Assembly (NCBI GenBank): GCA_027451585.1
Contig: DAIDIZ010000044.1
Location: 1 to 61,092, forward strand
Direction: 5' to 3'
From: Chlamydiota bacterium
GTDB taxonomy: Bacteria; Chlamydiota; Chlamydiia; Chlamydiales; SM23-39
DNA length: 61,092 nucleotides
The notes below the pieces were generated by a model that did not search any database, had not been told where the DNA came from, and saw only the letters and a list, made by a program, of their open reading frames with translations. The first letter of the stretch is position 1, and every line of letters begins with the position of its first letter. Below, piece by piece: positions 17,676 through 25,865 of this stretch. The position numbers and the translations under genes are program-made.

Positions 17676-18542
17676 ATGCTAAAAAAGACAATCGGGCTTT
17701 TTCTTCTCTGTGGTTTCGTCCTTTTCACAGGAAAAGGAATTTACCTCCTGCGCGATGGATGGAGCCCCCGAAAAATTGCCCCCTTTTCTTTTCCCTCCTC
17801 TCAAGGAATCTCTCCTGAAGTAGCATCCCTTCTTTCCCAAAATTTTCACTACCTGGGACGGGGCAGACAATGCTTTGCATTTGCAAGTGAAGATGGAGAG
17901 TATGTACTCAAATTCCCAAGAACAGATATCTACACCCTCTCTTTTGGGCTTCGCACCCTTCCCCTTTGGCAATATCGAGAAAAAGTGGAGCGAGCTAAAC
18001 GGAAAAAACAGGCCTTTGTTTTAGAAAGTTTTCGGATCGCAAAAGAAGAGCTTGCAGAGGAAACGCAAACCATTGCAATCCACCTCGGGAAAACAATCTC
18101 CCCTTCACCATCTATTCGAAAACAACAACTCACATGCATCGATTCTCTAGGCATCCCCCATCACTTCTCTTTAGAAGATACCTCTTTCATTCTCCAATAT
18201 CGAAAACCCCTTTGGGACTCCCTCTTTTTACAAGCGAGGCAAGAAGGGAATCGAGAAGAGCAGATCAAGCTTTTGCATGCACTCGTTGATCTCTTGAAGG
18301 CCAGGGGAAGAAAAGGGGTCCTCAATCGGGACGATGCGTTCCTCAAAAACTACGCGTTTGACGGAGAAAAAGCCTATCAAATCGATGTGGGAGACTTCTT
18401 TCATCTTCCAGAAGCTGATCGCGATTATCTCTTGCAGAAATCGGTTCAAGACTCCCTAGTCACGGTGAAAGAATGGATCGCAAAAAAAGACCCCTTACTT
18501 CTTCCGATTCTTGAAGAACAGTCAAAGTCCGTGTCTCTTTAA
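17676..18542 (+). CDS. membrane-anchored protein with protein-kinase-like motifs
   Basis: N-terminal TM segment (IGLFLLCGFVLF). Also LGRGRQCFAF (Gly-loop-like), YVLKF (Lys), NRDDAFLKN (catalytic-loop-like) and IDVGDF (DFG-like). Confidence 0.5.
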   Translation: MLKKTIGLFLLCGFVLFTGKGIYLLRDGWSPRKIAPFSFPSSQGISPEVASLLSQNFHYLGRGRQCFAFASEDGEYVLKFPRTDIYTLSFGLRTLPLWQYREKVERAKRKKQAFVLESFRIAKEELAEETQTIAIHLGKTISPSPSIRKQQLTCIDSLGIPHHFSLEDTSFILQYRKPLWDSLFLQARQEGNREEQIKLLHALVDLLKARGRKGVLNRDDAFLKNYAFDGEKAYQIDVGDFFHLPEADRDYLLQKSVQDSLVTVKEWIAKKDPLLLPILEEQSKSVSL

Positions 18543-18545
18543 AGA

Positions 18546-18606
18546 TATACTCGTTCCACTCTAAAGATGCTCAAAAAAACCGAATTTAAAGCATCAAATT
18601 TTTATA
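18546..18606. repeat. family A repeat, left arm only
   Basis: The sequence is TATACTCGTTCCACTCTAAAGATGCTCAAAAAAACCGAATTTAAAGCATCAAATTT. It lies between convergent genes. Confidence 0.8.
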
Positions 18607-18613
18607 GGAAGAC

Positions 18614-19192
18614 CTACTCCTCTTTTTCTGTTGTATTTGAGAGAAGTCTTTGGCGCGGGACAAAAGACCTTTGGATAACGAGCTCTGTCCCTTGGGAGCG
18701 CTCCTCATTCTCAAAGGCCATAAAAACTTCAGCTCGTTGACGCAACTGGGCAAGACACTGTTGACTTCCATAATACCGGTGGATCGCCGCCGTGGCATCA
18801 ACCTCTTGCCCCGTACGAACTCGGCGATCTTCGATCCTTTTAAGACAGCTTTCAATACAAACCTCCACACGAATAATACCAATACGTGCGTCACAAGAAA
18901 CTTCTTTCGTCCTACGGACAAGATCATCATAGTAGGGGAGCCAAGAGCCTGTCCCTTGGTGAAAAATTACCCCGGAGCCTTTTGCCACAGCTTGAAAATA
19001 GAGTTGGGTCGCTCTTTTAATACTCTCTTCGTGATCGGAGTTCCCACTAACTTTCTTATATGCATCTGGATCAATAATTGTAATTTCACAACCATTGGCA
19101 GAGAGGATTTTTGCCCATACTTGCACAAGGGAACTCTTTCCACAACCGGGAGCTCCTGTCACGAAAAAAACACTAAGACGACTTGGACTCAT
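18614..19192 (-). CDS. P-loop NTPase/kinase (zeta-toxin / AAA_33-like)
   Basis: Walker A VTGAPGCGKSSL lies near the N-terminus and the protein is about 190 aa. No partner gene upstream. Confidence 0.6.
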   Translation of the reverse strand: MSPSRLSVFFVTGAPGCGKSSLVQVWAKILSANGCEITIIDPDAYKKVSGNSDHEESIKRATQLYFQAVAKGSGVIFHQGTGSWLPYYDDLVRRTKEVSCDARIGIIRVEVCIESCLKRIEDRRVRTGQEVDATAAIHRYYGSQQCLAQLRQRAEVFMAFENEERSQGTELVIQRSFVPRQRLLSNTTEKEE

Positions 19193-19304
19193 AACATTTA
19201 ACACAACAACTAAGTTAATTATACATTAATTTGAATAGTAATACAATAATACAAATAATTACCACCCATCATTTTGACACTGTTTGTAAAACACCCTAAC
19301 TCCA

Positions 19305-19320
19305 TTGAATCATTTCCGGC
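19305..19320. repeat. family B repeat fragment
   Basis: TTGAATCATTTCCGGC matches one B arm. Confidence 0.4.
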
Positions 19321-19335
19321 AGACTATGCAAATGC

Positions 19336-19390
19336 CAAGACATCTGCAAAGACGACTCTGTTCAACAGAATGGACTTTGCAGACGTCTTG
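19336..19390 (+). other. nested stem-loop in AT-rich intergenic region
   Basis: CAAGACATCTGCAAAG...CTTTGCAGACGTCTTG pairs at 15/16 positions. The stem encloses an inner CTGTTCAACAG palindrome. Confidence 0.6.
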
Positions 19391-19560
19391 ATTCGGGAGC
19401 CCCAAGGAAATAAGGGACGTATGAATACCTATATTGTTAACTATCAACTACTTATGGCTATAAAAAAACCAACACAACGGCAGCAGAAACAAAAAAAACA
19501 ATTGAAATTAATAAAAAATTATTATATAATTAATACAAAGGACATAATAAAGAGGTCATA

Positions 19561-20162
19561 ATGACTATCCATCTATACACAGAATCACGCATTAGGAACC
19601 TACTGAATACCTTCGAAACTGTGGTCAACAGCTGCGCATCAGTAGTATCTCAGATTTATCATCAGGCGGTAACAAGCACCCCTAGGGAACAAGTAAGCAC
19701 TCCTGGAAAAGGATCGAATGAAGCCGCCCTCGTGACCTTCGATGATTGGCTTCGGGGCCATAAAGATCGTAAAGCGCAGGTTTGTCAGGAGGTAGTCCGT
19801 TGTACAGAACAAGCGTTGTATTCCCACTGCATAGCCCCCCCCCTTCCACGGGTGAAAAGACCGACATAACCCATGAGATCGACGCTCTTAGGGAATATAA
19901 TAATTTTTCTCTCGATACGTTAGGAGAGGGCAAACCCATAAGAGGTCCTAACACCAACGCCCTATTCGAAGGAGTTGCCACGGTAAAAGCGTGTAACCCC
20001 TGCCGGAACAATGTACCAGAAAGTGTTGTTCTAGAGGTCCATTTTCAAATAGAAAAAAATCTGGACCAATACGAAATTGCTATTATTGAGATTAAAAGCG
20101 AGAGCCAGGTCTACACTCTGGATAAACCGACACGTTCAAGCGACCTGTGGCCTGCATTTTAA
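19561..20162 (+). pseudogene. hypothetical gene split into two overlapping ORFs (19561-19869 and 19782-20162) at a C9 homopolymer
   Basis: AGAGG lies upstream of the ATG at 19561. A C9 run sits at about 19835-19843. The downstream frame stays open through the tract, and +1 C would fuse the two into about 200 aa. Confidence 0.45.
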
Positions 20163-20163
20163 A

Positions 20164-20201
20164 CCGGCCAAAAAACCGGCTTTTGAATCATTTCCGGTAT
20201 A
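20164..20201. repeat. family B repeat overlapping the hemE 3' end
   Basis: CCGGCCAAAAAACCGGCTTTTGAATCATTTCCGGTATA. The last four codons and the TGA of hemE lie inside it. Confidence 0.75.
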
Positions 20202-21147
20202 ACGCTGTATCAACAAAGCAACGAACGGCATCCACGGGGGTCTGCGGTTTCACCCCGTGGCCCAAATTCAAAATGAAGCCAGGATCCCCTTCCATCGCAT
20301 AGAGAAGCTCTTTTGTCTTTGTTCGGATTTGATCAAGGGGCTGAAACAGGAAATCGGGATCAAGATTCCCTTGAATAGGTTGTGCTGTTCTTTGCCTCCC
20401 CTCCCTTAGCGATATCGTCCAATCAAGGCTCAACCCGCATGGAATTTTTTCCACATAAGGGCCCATCTCACGCATGAAAAAAAGAGAGGGAAGGTTAATC
20501 GACGCAACACACCTTTGTAAAGGGAAAAGAGAATAGCGCTCATGCTCTTCTTTTGTCAGTACGTTGGCCCAAGAGTCGAAAATCTGTACAGCATCGACCC
20601 CAGCCTGTTTCTGGAGCTGCAAATAGGCGATCGTTGCATGTGTGATCTTATCAATGAGATTTTGGAACGTGAGAGGATCTCGCCGCATCCAATCGGTTGT
20701 TCTTTCTAAATCCCCGATCAAATAACTTGCCACCGTAAAGGGAGCTCCGCAAAACCCAAGCAAAGGAACTAAAAGATCCTGTTTTAAAAGACGAATTGTT
20801 TGGAAAATAGGCTCTAGTTTTTCGGGGAAAAAGGGAAGATGGTCTACATGGGATGGCGTCAATGGAGGGGTGATTTTGGGACCTTCTTGGAAATCGAGAT
20901 CAAAGCCTAAAGACAAAGCAATCACGGTGATGTCCGAAAAGAGAATCGCGGCATCAACTCCAAATCGATTGATCGGCATTTTGGTCACTTCGAAAGCGAG
21001 CTCGGGAGTCAAAAAGAGAGTCTTCAGAGAGTGTTTTTCGCGTAAACGTCGATACTCAGGAAGATAGCGCCCCGCTTGACGCATGAGCCAAACGGGCGCC
21101 CTTCCTCGATTTTCATTTTTGAGCGCTTGCAAAATTAAATGGTTCAA
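20188..21147 (-). CDS. hemE: uroporphyrinogen decarboxylase
   Basis: Contains PVWLMRQAGRYLPEYR and a GFCGAPFT-type core. The TTG start overlaps the tkt stop (TTGA). Confidence 0.95.
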   Translation of the reverse strand: MNHLILQALKNENRGRAPVWLMRQAGRYLPEYRRLREKHSLKTLFLTPELAFEVTKMPINRFGVDAAILFSDITVIALSLGFDLDFQEGPKITPPLTPSHVDHLPFFPEKLEPIFQTIRLLKQDLLVPLLGFCGAPFTVASYLIGDLERTTDWMRRDPLTFQNLIDKITHATIAYLQLQKQAGVDAVQIFDSWANVLTKEEHERYSLFPLQRCVASINLPSLFFMREMGPYVEKIPCGLSLDWTISLREGRQRTAQPIQGNLDPDFLFQPLDQIRTKTKELLYAMEGDPGFILNLGHGVKPQTPVDAVRCFVDTALYRK

Positions 21148-23138
21148 CTGCGGTACAACCTTTCCACAATCGCGTCAACCGTAAAACCAAACTCTTGAGC
21201 AAGATCAGGAGGAGGCGCTGACAATCCGAAGCCTTCCATACAAATTGAAATCCCTTCTCTCCCAATGTATCTGTGCCAGCCTAAGTCAACCGCGGCCTCG
21301 ATCGCCACTCTTACCCCTAAATCTCCGCCCACAATGGATTCTTTGTAGGTTTCGCTTTCTTTGTCAAAAAGAGCCCAGCACGGCATCGAAACGACCCGGA
21401 TTTCTTTGCCCAGTTTTTCAAGGCGATCGGCCACTTCGAGAGCAAGATGGAGTTCCGATCCTGTGGAAAAAAGGGTCATATGGGGCTTTATTTTCTCTTT
21501 TTTGACAATGTAAGCACCTCTCCCCATTCCCTCTTTGTAAGGGACTTGAGTAGCCTGCAGATCGGGGAGATTTTGTCGCGATAAGACAATTGCCGTGGGC
21601 CCTTTATATTGGAGCGCCGCCAACCACGCCATCCTCACTTCATAGGAATCGCCCGGGCGAATTACATGGAGATGGGGAATCGCTCGGAGGGCCGCGAGAT
21701 GCTCCACTGACTGATGGGTGGGACCGTCCTCGCCGAGGAAGATCGAGTCGTGCGTAAATTGGTAAATCACATGATAAGGAGTTAAGCTCGCAAGCCGAAT
21801 CGCATTGCGCATGTAATCGGAAAAGGTGAAAAAGGTGCCGCAGAACGGCTGGAACATCGAGCAAAGGGACAGACCATTGGAAATTGCTCCCATCGCAAAC
21901 TCACGGACCCCATACTTGATATTGCGACCTTGAAATTGTCCAGCCGTAATGATCGGGAACTCTTTCATCATCGTGAGATCTGAGACAGAAAGATCGGCAG
22001 ACCCTCCAATGAGCTGGGGCAACAGTTTACCAAGCGACTGCAAAATGGTTTGCGAAGCAGCCCTTCCTGCAATCGGCGCTTTGATTTCGATTTTTTTGAG
22101 CTCTTCTTCAAGCTCAGCTGGTAAATAATGAGCCCTCATCTTCTCAAATACTGCCGCCAACTCAGGGTAGGCGTGTGCCCAACGCTTGTAAAGGTCCTTC
22201 CACTCAGCTTCCAGGGCATCTTCTTTTGGCCACTTGTGCTCAAAGAACGTCTTCACCGACTGAGGAACATAAAATTCTTCCCTAGGGATTCCGAGTGCTT
22301 CCTTAGTCGCTAATACCTCTTCAACCCCAAGAGGAGAGCCGTGCACTTTCGATGTCCCAGCTTTATGGGGAGACCCTTTACCGATGATTGTACGACACTC
22401 GATGAAGACAGGGCGGTCTTGCTTCTTTTGGATCGCCGAAAAAATCTGATCCATCTGATCAAAATCATATCCGTCGAGATCGAATACATCCCAACCATAC
22501 GCCTTATAACGGGCTTTGGTGTCTTCTGTAAAACATTCTGAGGTGGGACCATCGAGGCAAACGAGATTGGCATCGTGAATGAGGACGAGATTATTGAGCC
22601 TCAAGTGGCCCGCGAACGAAGAGGCCTCTGCAGAAACCCCCTCCATTAAACACCCATCACCCGCCACGCAATAGACTTTGCTATTAAAAAGAGGATAACC
22701 CTCTTTGTTGAATCTTGCGGCGAGCATCTGTTGACCTAGAGCGAGCCCAACCGCATTGGCGACTCCTTGTCCAAGAGGGCCGGTTGTCGCTTCGACACCG
22801 TCAGTCAGCCCATATTCAGGGTGACCCGGGGTTTTCGAATGGAGCTGTCGGAACCGTTTGATCTCGTCTAATGAGAGATTGAAACCTGCAAGGTGTAAAC
22901 ATGAATAGAGCCACATTGAACCATGGCCAGCAGAGAGGACGAGGCGATCCCGATTGAGCCATTTGCTATGCTTCGGATTATGGCGCAGCAAAACACCATA
23001 CAGATAAGCTCCGAGTTCCGCGCATCCCATCGGCATTCCTGGGTGCCCTGAATTTGCTTTTTGCACCGCATCCATCGAAAGACCCCGAATTGTCATCGCG
23101 ATCTTGCTCAAATTCTTCTTCAGTTCTTCGTCCAACAT
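21144..23138 (-). CDS. tkt: transketolase
   Basis: Contains SGHPGMPMG, the GDGCLMEG ThDP motif, and the 664-aa three-domain layout. Confidence 0.97.
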   Translation of the reverse strand: MLDEELKKNLSKIAMTIRGLSMDAVQKANSGHPGMPMGCAELGAYLYGVLLRHNPKHSKWLNRDRLVLSAGHGSMWLYSCLHLAGFNLSLDEIKRFRQLHSKTPGHPEYGLTDGVEATTGPLGQGVANAVGLALGQQMLAARFNKEGYPLFNSKVYCVAGDGCLMEGVSAEASSFAGHLRLNNLVLIHDANLVCLDGPTSECFTEDTKARYKAYGWDVFDLDGYDFDQMDQIFSAIQKKQDRPVFIECRTIIGKGSPHKAGTSKVHGSPLGVEEVLATKEALGIPREEFYVPQSVKTFFEHKWPKEDALEAEWKDLYKRWAHAYPELAAVFEKMRAHYLPAELEEELKKIEIKAPIAGRAASQTILQSLGKLLPQLIGGSADLSVSDLTMMKEFPIITAGQFQGRNIKYGVREFAMGAISNGLSLCSMFQPFCGTFFTFSDYMRNAIRLASLTPYHVIYQFTHDSIFLGEDGPTHQSVEHLAALRAIPHLHVIRPGDSYEVRMAWLAALQYKGPTAIVLSRQNLPDLQATQVPYKEGMGRGAYIVKKEKIKPHMTLFSTGSELHLALEVADRLEKLGKEIRVVSMPCWALFDKESETYKESIVGGDLGVRVAIEAAVDLGWHRYIGREGISICMEGFGLSAPPPDLAQEFGFTVDAIVERLYRS

Positions 23139-23193
23139 AGCTCCTCATCAAAAGATTGCATTCTATCGACTGTCGATTTTTTGGTACAACAAA

Positions 23194-23845
23194 TTAGAGG
23201 CCGTGAGTTGTCGCAAAAACTCTTCGACAGGAACAACCGGAAAGCCTCGATACACCTCTCTTCTTTTTCCTTGTGTTGGGAGATAAATCAGAAGAGCGTT
23301 TCACTTCGATTGCCCCAAAACCCCGAGGCCCATAGATCACAAAATCCACTTCGAGCTTGGTGGCTGTCTGCCAAAAATAGAGAACATGCCTTTCTTTTTG
23401 CAAATGGACCCAAGCTCTTATATACTCGTTCCACTCCAAAATGGCCCAAGAAAACCGAATTTAAAGCATCAATTTTTTATTGGAAATTTGATGGCTTTAA
23501 ATCGGCTTGCTTGGGCCATTTTGGAGTGGAACGAGTATAGACAGATGTAATCCCTTAACGTCTGATCAGGGTGCTTTGCCCCCCAAATAAGAGAGATCAT
23601 CCCCGTTTTTCCTCGATCAAAGCATGGATCTCGGGCAAAAGATGAGGAACTCGTTGCACCTCATCGAGAATGAGCGCTTGTCCCGGACGCATCGCGGCAA
23701 CCACATCACGAATCTTCTCAGGCGCTGCCAGGGAGAGCCTCTCCTCTTCACCTAAAAGAAGGTCGACCTCCCCGTCCCCCCAGGACCGAGAAGAAAATAG
23801 CTCTCTTCGGGAGGAGCAAGCTCCCTTTCTGTGTAATCTGCTAAC
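23194..23845 (-). pseudogene. decayed AAA+ ATPase (AAA_14 + DUF4143-type) gene, frameshifted and interrupted by a family A repeat
   Basis: The minus strand reads MLADYTERELAPPEESYFLLGPGGTGRSTFF*, then ...ALILDEVQRVPHLLPEIHALIEE in another frame. The repeat follows, then LEVDFVIYGPRGFGAIEVKRS. Confidence 0.6.
23421..23539. repeat. family A palindromic repeat, full-length type copy (119 bp)
   Basis: TATACTCGTTCCACTCCAAAATGGCCCAAG...CTTGGGCCATTTTGGAGTGGAACGAGTATA. The outer 30 bp of the two arms are perfectly complementary. Confidence 0.9.
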
Positions 23846-23967
23846 ATAGTTGGTATTTTACACAAAAAATATCACATCTCACTAACAATAAAGATTTTAT
23901 GGCATTAAATTCACAAAAATAGAGAACAAATATTAGTGTGATAAGGAAAAATAAAAAGCGTGTGCAT

Positions 23968-25278
23968 ATGACTTTATTCAGCGCCCCAACAAAAAAAAGA
24001 ACCCGTTCCGAAGCCATTTTTAAGACCCATTGCAACCTGATCCCCGGAGGAGTCAATTCGCCTGTCCGCGCCTTTCACTCGGTTGAGATGACACCGCCGC
24101 TCATCGTCGTCTCTGGGTCGGGTGATACGATCGAAGATGTGGATGGGAATCGGTACATCGACTACTGCGGCAGCTGGGGAGCGATGATCCTCGGACACGC
24201 CCATCCTCAGGTGGTAAAAGGGGTTCAGGAGCGAATGGCGCTCGGCTCTTCGTTTGGGATCACCACGGTAGAAGAGGGGCTTCTTGCCCAAAAAATCGTT
24301 AAGAAAATCCCCTCGATCGAAAAAATTCGCTTTGTGAGCTCGGGGACCGAAGCCACCATGACAGCGCTGCGACTTGCTCGAGGCTACACAGGCCGATCCA
24401 AAGTCATCAAATTCACCGGTCACTACCATGGCCACTCAGACGCTCTTCTTGTCCAAGCGGGATCTGGGGTAGCGACCCTCAATTCAACAGCCACCTCGAA
24501 AGGGGTCCATGCTCATATCGTCCAAGACACCCTTTGCTTTCCATTCAACGATTTCGAAAAGATCCGAAGCTTCTTCAAAACACCGCTTTCTAAAGAGGTC
24601 GCTGCGATCATTCTAGAGCCGATAGCGGGGAACATGGGGACCGTTCTTCCTGATAGAGGTTTTCTGGAGATGCTTCGGGAAGAGACCACTAAAGCAGGGG
24701 CTCTCTTGATTTTTGATGAAGTGATCACCGGCTTTCGTGTGGGACCAAAGGGAGCGCAAGGACTCTACCCGGTCGATCCCGACCTCACCTGCTTTGGAAA
24801 AATCATCGGGGGGGGATTTCCGGTCGCAGCGGTTGCAGGGAAAGCCAAAATCATGGACTATCTCGCCCCTCTTGGGCAAGTGTACCAGGCAGGAACCCTC
24901 TCTGGAAACCCAGTTGCTATGCGAGCAGGATTAGAAACCCTTTTGCAATTGGAAGCGCCCCATTTCTACGAAACCTTGCAAAAGAAAACAGATCGACTCC
25001 TCAACCCCATCCGAGAAGCCGTCCAAGTATCTGGCGGATGCCTCCAAGAATGTGGATCGATGTTTTCTATTTTCTTTGGCTTATCTCAAGTCAAATCGAA
25101 AGAAGATCTCGTCTCGCTCAATAAAAAGAGATTTCGTGAATTGTTTTCGTATCTCTTTGACAGGGGTATTTACATTCCCCCCTCATCACAGGAAGCGTGG
25201 TTTGTCTCAAGCGCCCATACCGATGAACATCTCGATTATACAGCAAAGTCGGTCTGTTCATTTTTAAGCAGTCTCTAA
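23968..25278 (+). CDS. hemL: glutamate-1-semialdehyde 2,1-aminomutase
   Basis: Contains IPGGVNSPVRAF, SGTEATM, FDEVITGFR and GKIIGGGFP (PLP lysine region). I used the ATG at 23968. The track GTG is at 23938. Confidence 0.95.
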   Translation: MTLFSAPTKKRTRSEAIFKTHCNLIPGGVNSPVRAFHSVEMTPPLIVVSGSGDTIEDVDGNRYIDYCGSWGAMILGHAHPQVVKGVQERMALGSSFGITTVEEGLLAQKIVKKIPSIEKIRFVSSGTEATMTALRLARGYTGRSKVIKFTGHYHGHSDALLVQAGSGVATLNSTATSKGVHAHIVQDTLCFPFNDFEKIRSFFKTPLSKEVAAIILEPIAGNMGTVLPDRGFLEMLREETTKAGALLIFDEVITGFRVGPKGAQGLYPVDPDLTCFGKIIGGGFPVAAVAGKAKIMDYLAPLGQVYQAGTLSGNPVAMRAGLETLLQLEAPHFYETLQKKTDRLLNPIREAVQVSGGCLQECGSMFSIFFGLSQVKSKEDLVSLNKKRFRELFSYLFDRGIYIPPSSQEAWFVSSAHTDEHLDYTAKSVCSFLSSL

Positions 25279-25284
25279 AAATTA

Positions 25285-25329
25285 GGCCGGAAATGATTCA
25301 AAAGTCGATTTTTGCATCATTTCCGGTAA
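25285..25329. repeat. family B palindromic repeat
   Basis: GGCCGGAAATGATTCAAAAGTCGATTTTTGCATCATTTCCGGTA, located 7 nt after the hemL stop. Confidence 0.8.
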
Positions 25330-25424
25330 CTCTACTTTGAACCGGTTTTGCAACCCACCTTTCTATTGAAAAAAAACCCCACAAATGCAATACTCCCCTT
25401 TTAAATTCCTTCCAAAGAGAAAGA

Positions 25425-25847
25425 ATGACTTCCAACGCGAGTTCACCACAAGTCCCATCCCCGCCTTTTAGACCCCATCCAACATCATTTTCACGCCCCT
25501 TTCCAACACAAAAGGATCAAGTCCTCAGTGTGGATTTCGATAAAGTGGCTTTAGTGGGTACACTTAAACTCTTCCCTACAGAACAGCTAAAACCTTCATT
25601 CTTAGACTGCCTTACTACAGGCTTCGCCTACGCTTTCGGAGCTAGCTTGGGTATGATTAGCGGATTCGTGGTCATTTCTGTAATTAAGAGGATTTTTCAA
25701 AGCGAATTCGGACCAGAAGCGCCAACTGGAGAGGCGGCACCGAGGATTTTTCAGAGCAGATTCGGACCAGAAGCGCCAACTGATGGGGCGATACCGGGGA
25801 TTGCTCTCCAGACAATCTCATCGCGTTTCTTCGGACCCATTTCCTAA
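25425..25847 (+). CDS. hypothetical membrane protein with tandem 18-aa repeat
   Basis: Pro/Ser-rich N-terminus, a hydrophobic segment (GFAYAFGASLGMISGFVVISVI), and RIFQS(E/R)FGPEAPT repeated twice. Confidence 0.5.
   Translation: MTSNASSPQVPSPPFRPHPTSFSRPFPTQKDQVLSVDFDKVALVGTLKLFPTEQLKPSFLDCLTTGFAYAFGASLGMISGFVVISVIKRIFQSEFGPEAPTGEAAPRIFQSRFGPEAPTDGAIPGIALQTISSRFFGPIS
25689..25796 (+). repeat. 2 x 54-bp in-frame tandem repeat
   Basis: The units start AGGATTTTTCAAAGCGAATTCGGACCAGAAGCGCCAACTG... and AGGATTTTTCAGAGCAGATTCGGACCAGAAGCGCCAACTG... They differ at about 9 of 54 positions. Confidence 0.9.
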
Positions 25848-25865
25848 CAAAGATCGCAAGCACTA

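Noticed and set aside
19274-19561. 95-aa ORF in the AT-rich gap.
   Set aside because: It uses a TTG start and has a K/N/Q/I low-complexity tail that simply reflects A-rich DNA. It has no Shine-Dalgarno sequence and ends exactly at the next gene's ATG. It is more likely non-coding regulatory DNA.
23061-23540. 159-aa ORF and its look-alikes (60674-60967, 60683-60976, 58875-59072, 48137-48748, 48544-48735) that share peptides such as HFGVERV or FHSKMAQ.
   Set aside because: The shared peptides are translations of family A/B repeat arms. The ORFs read through repeats and pseudogene debris, so the apparent paralogy is a repeat artefact.
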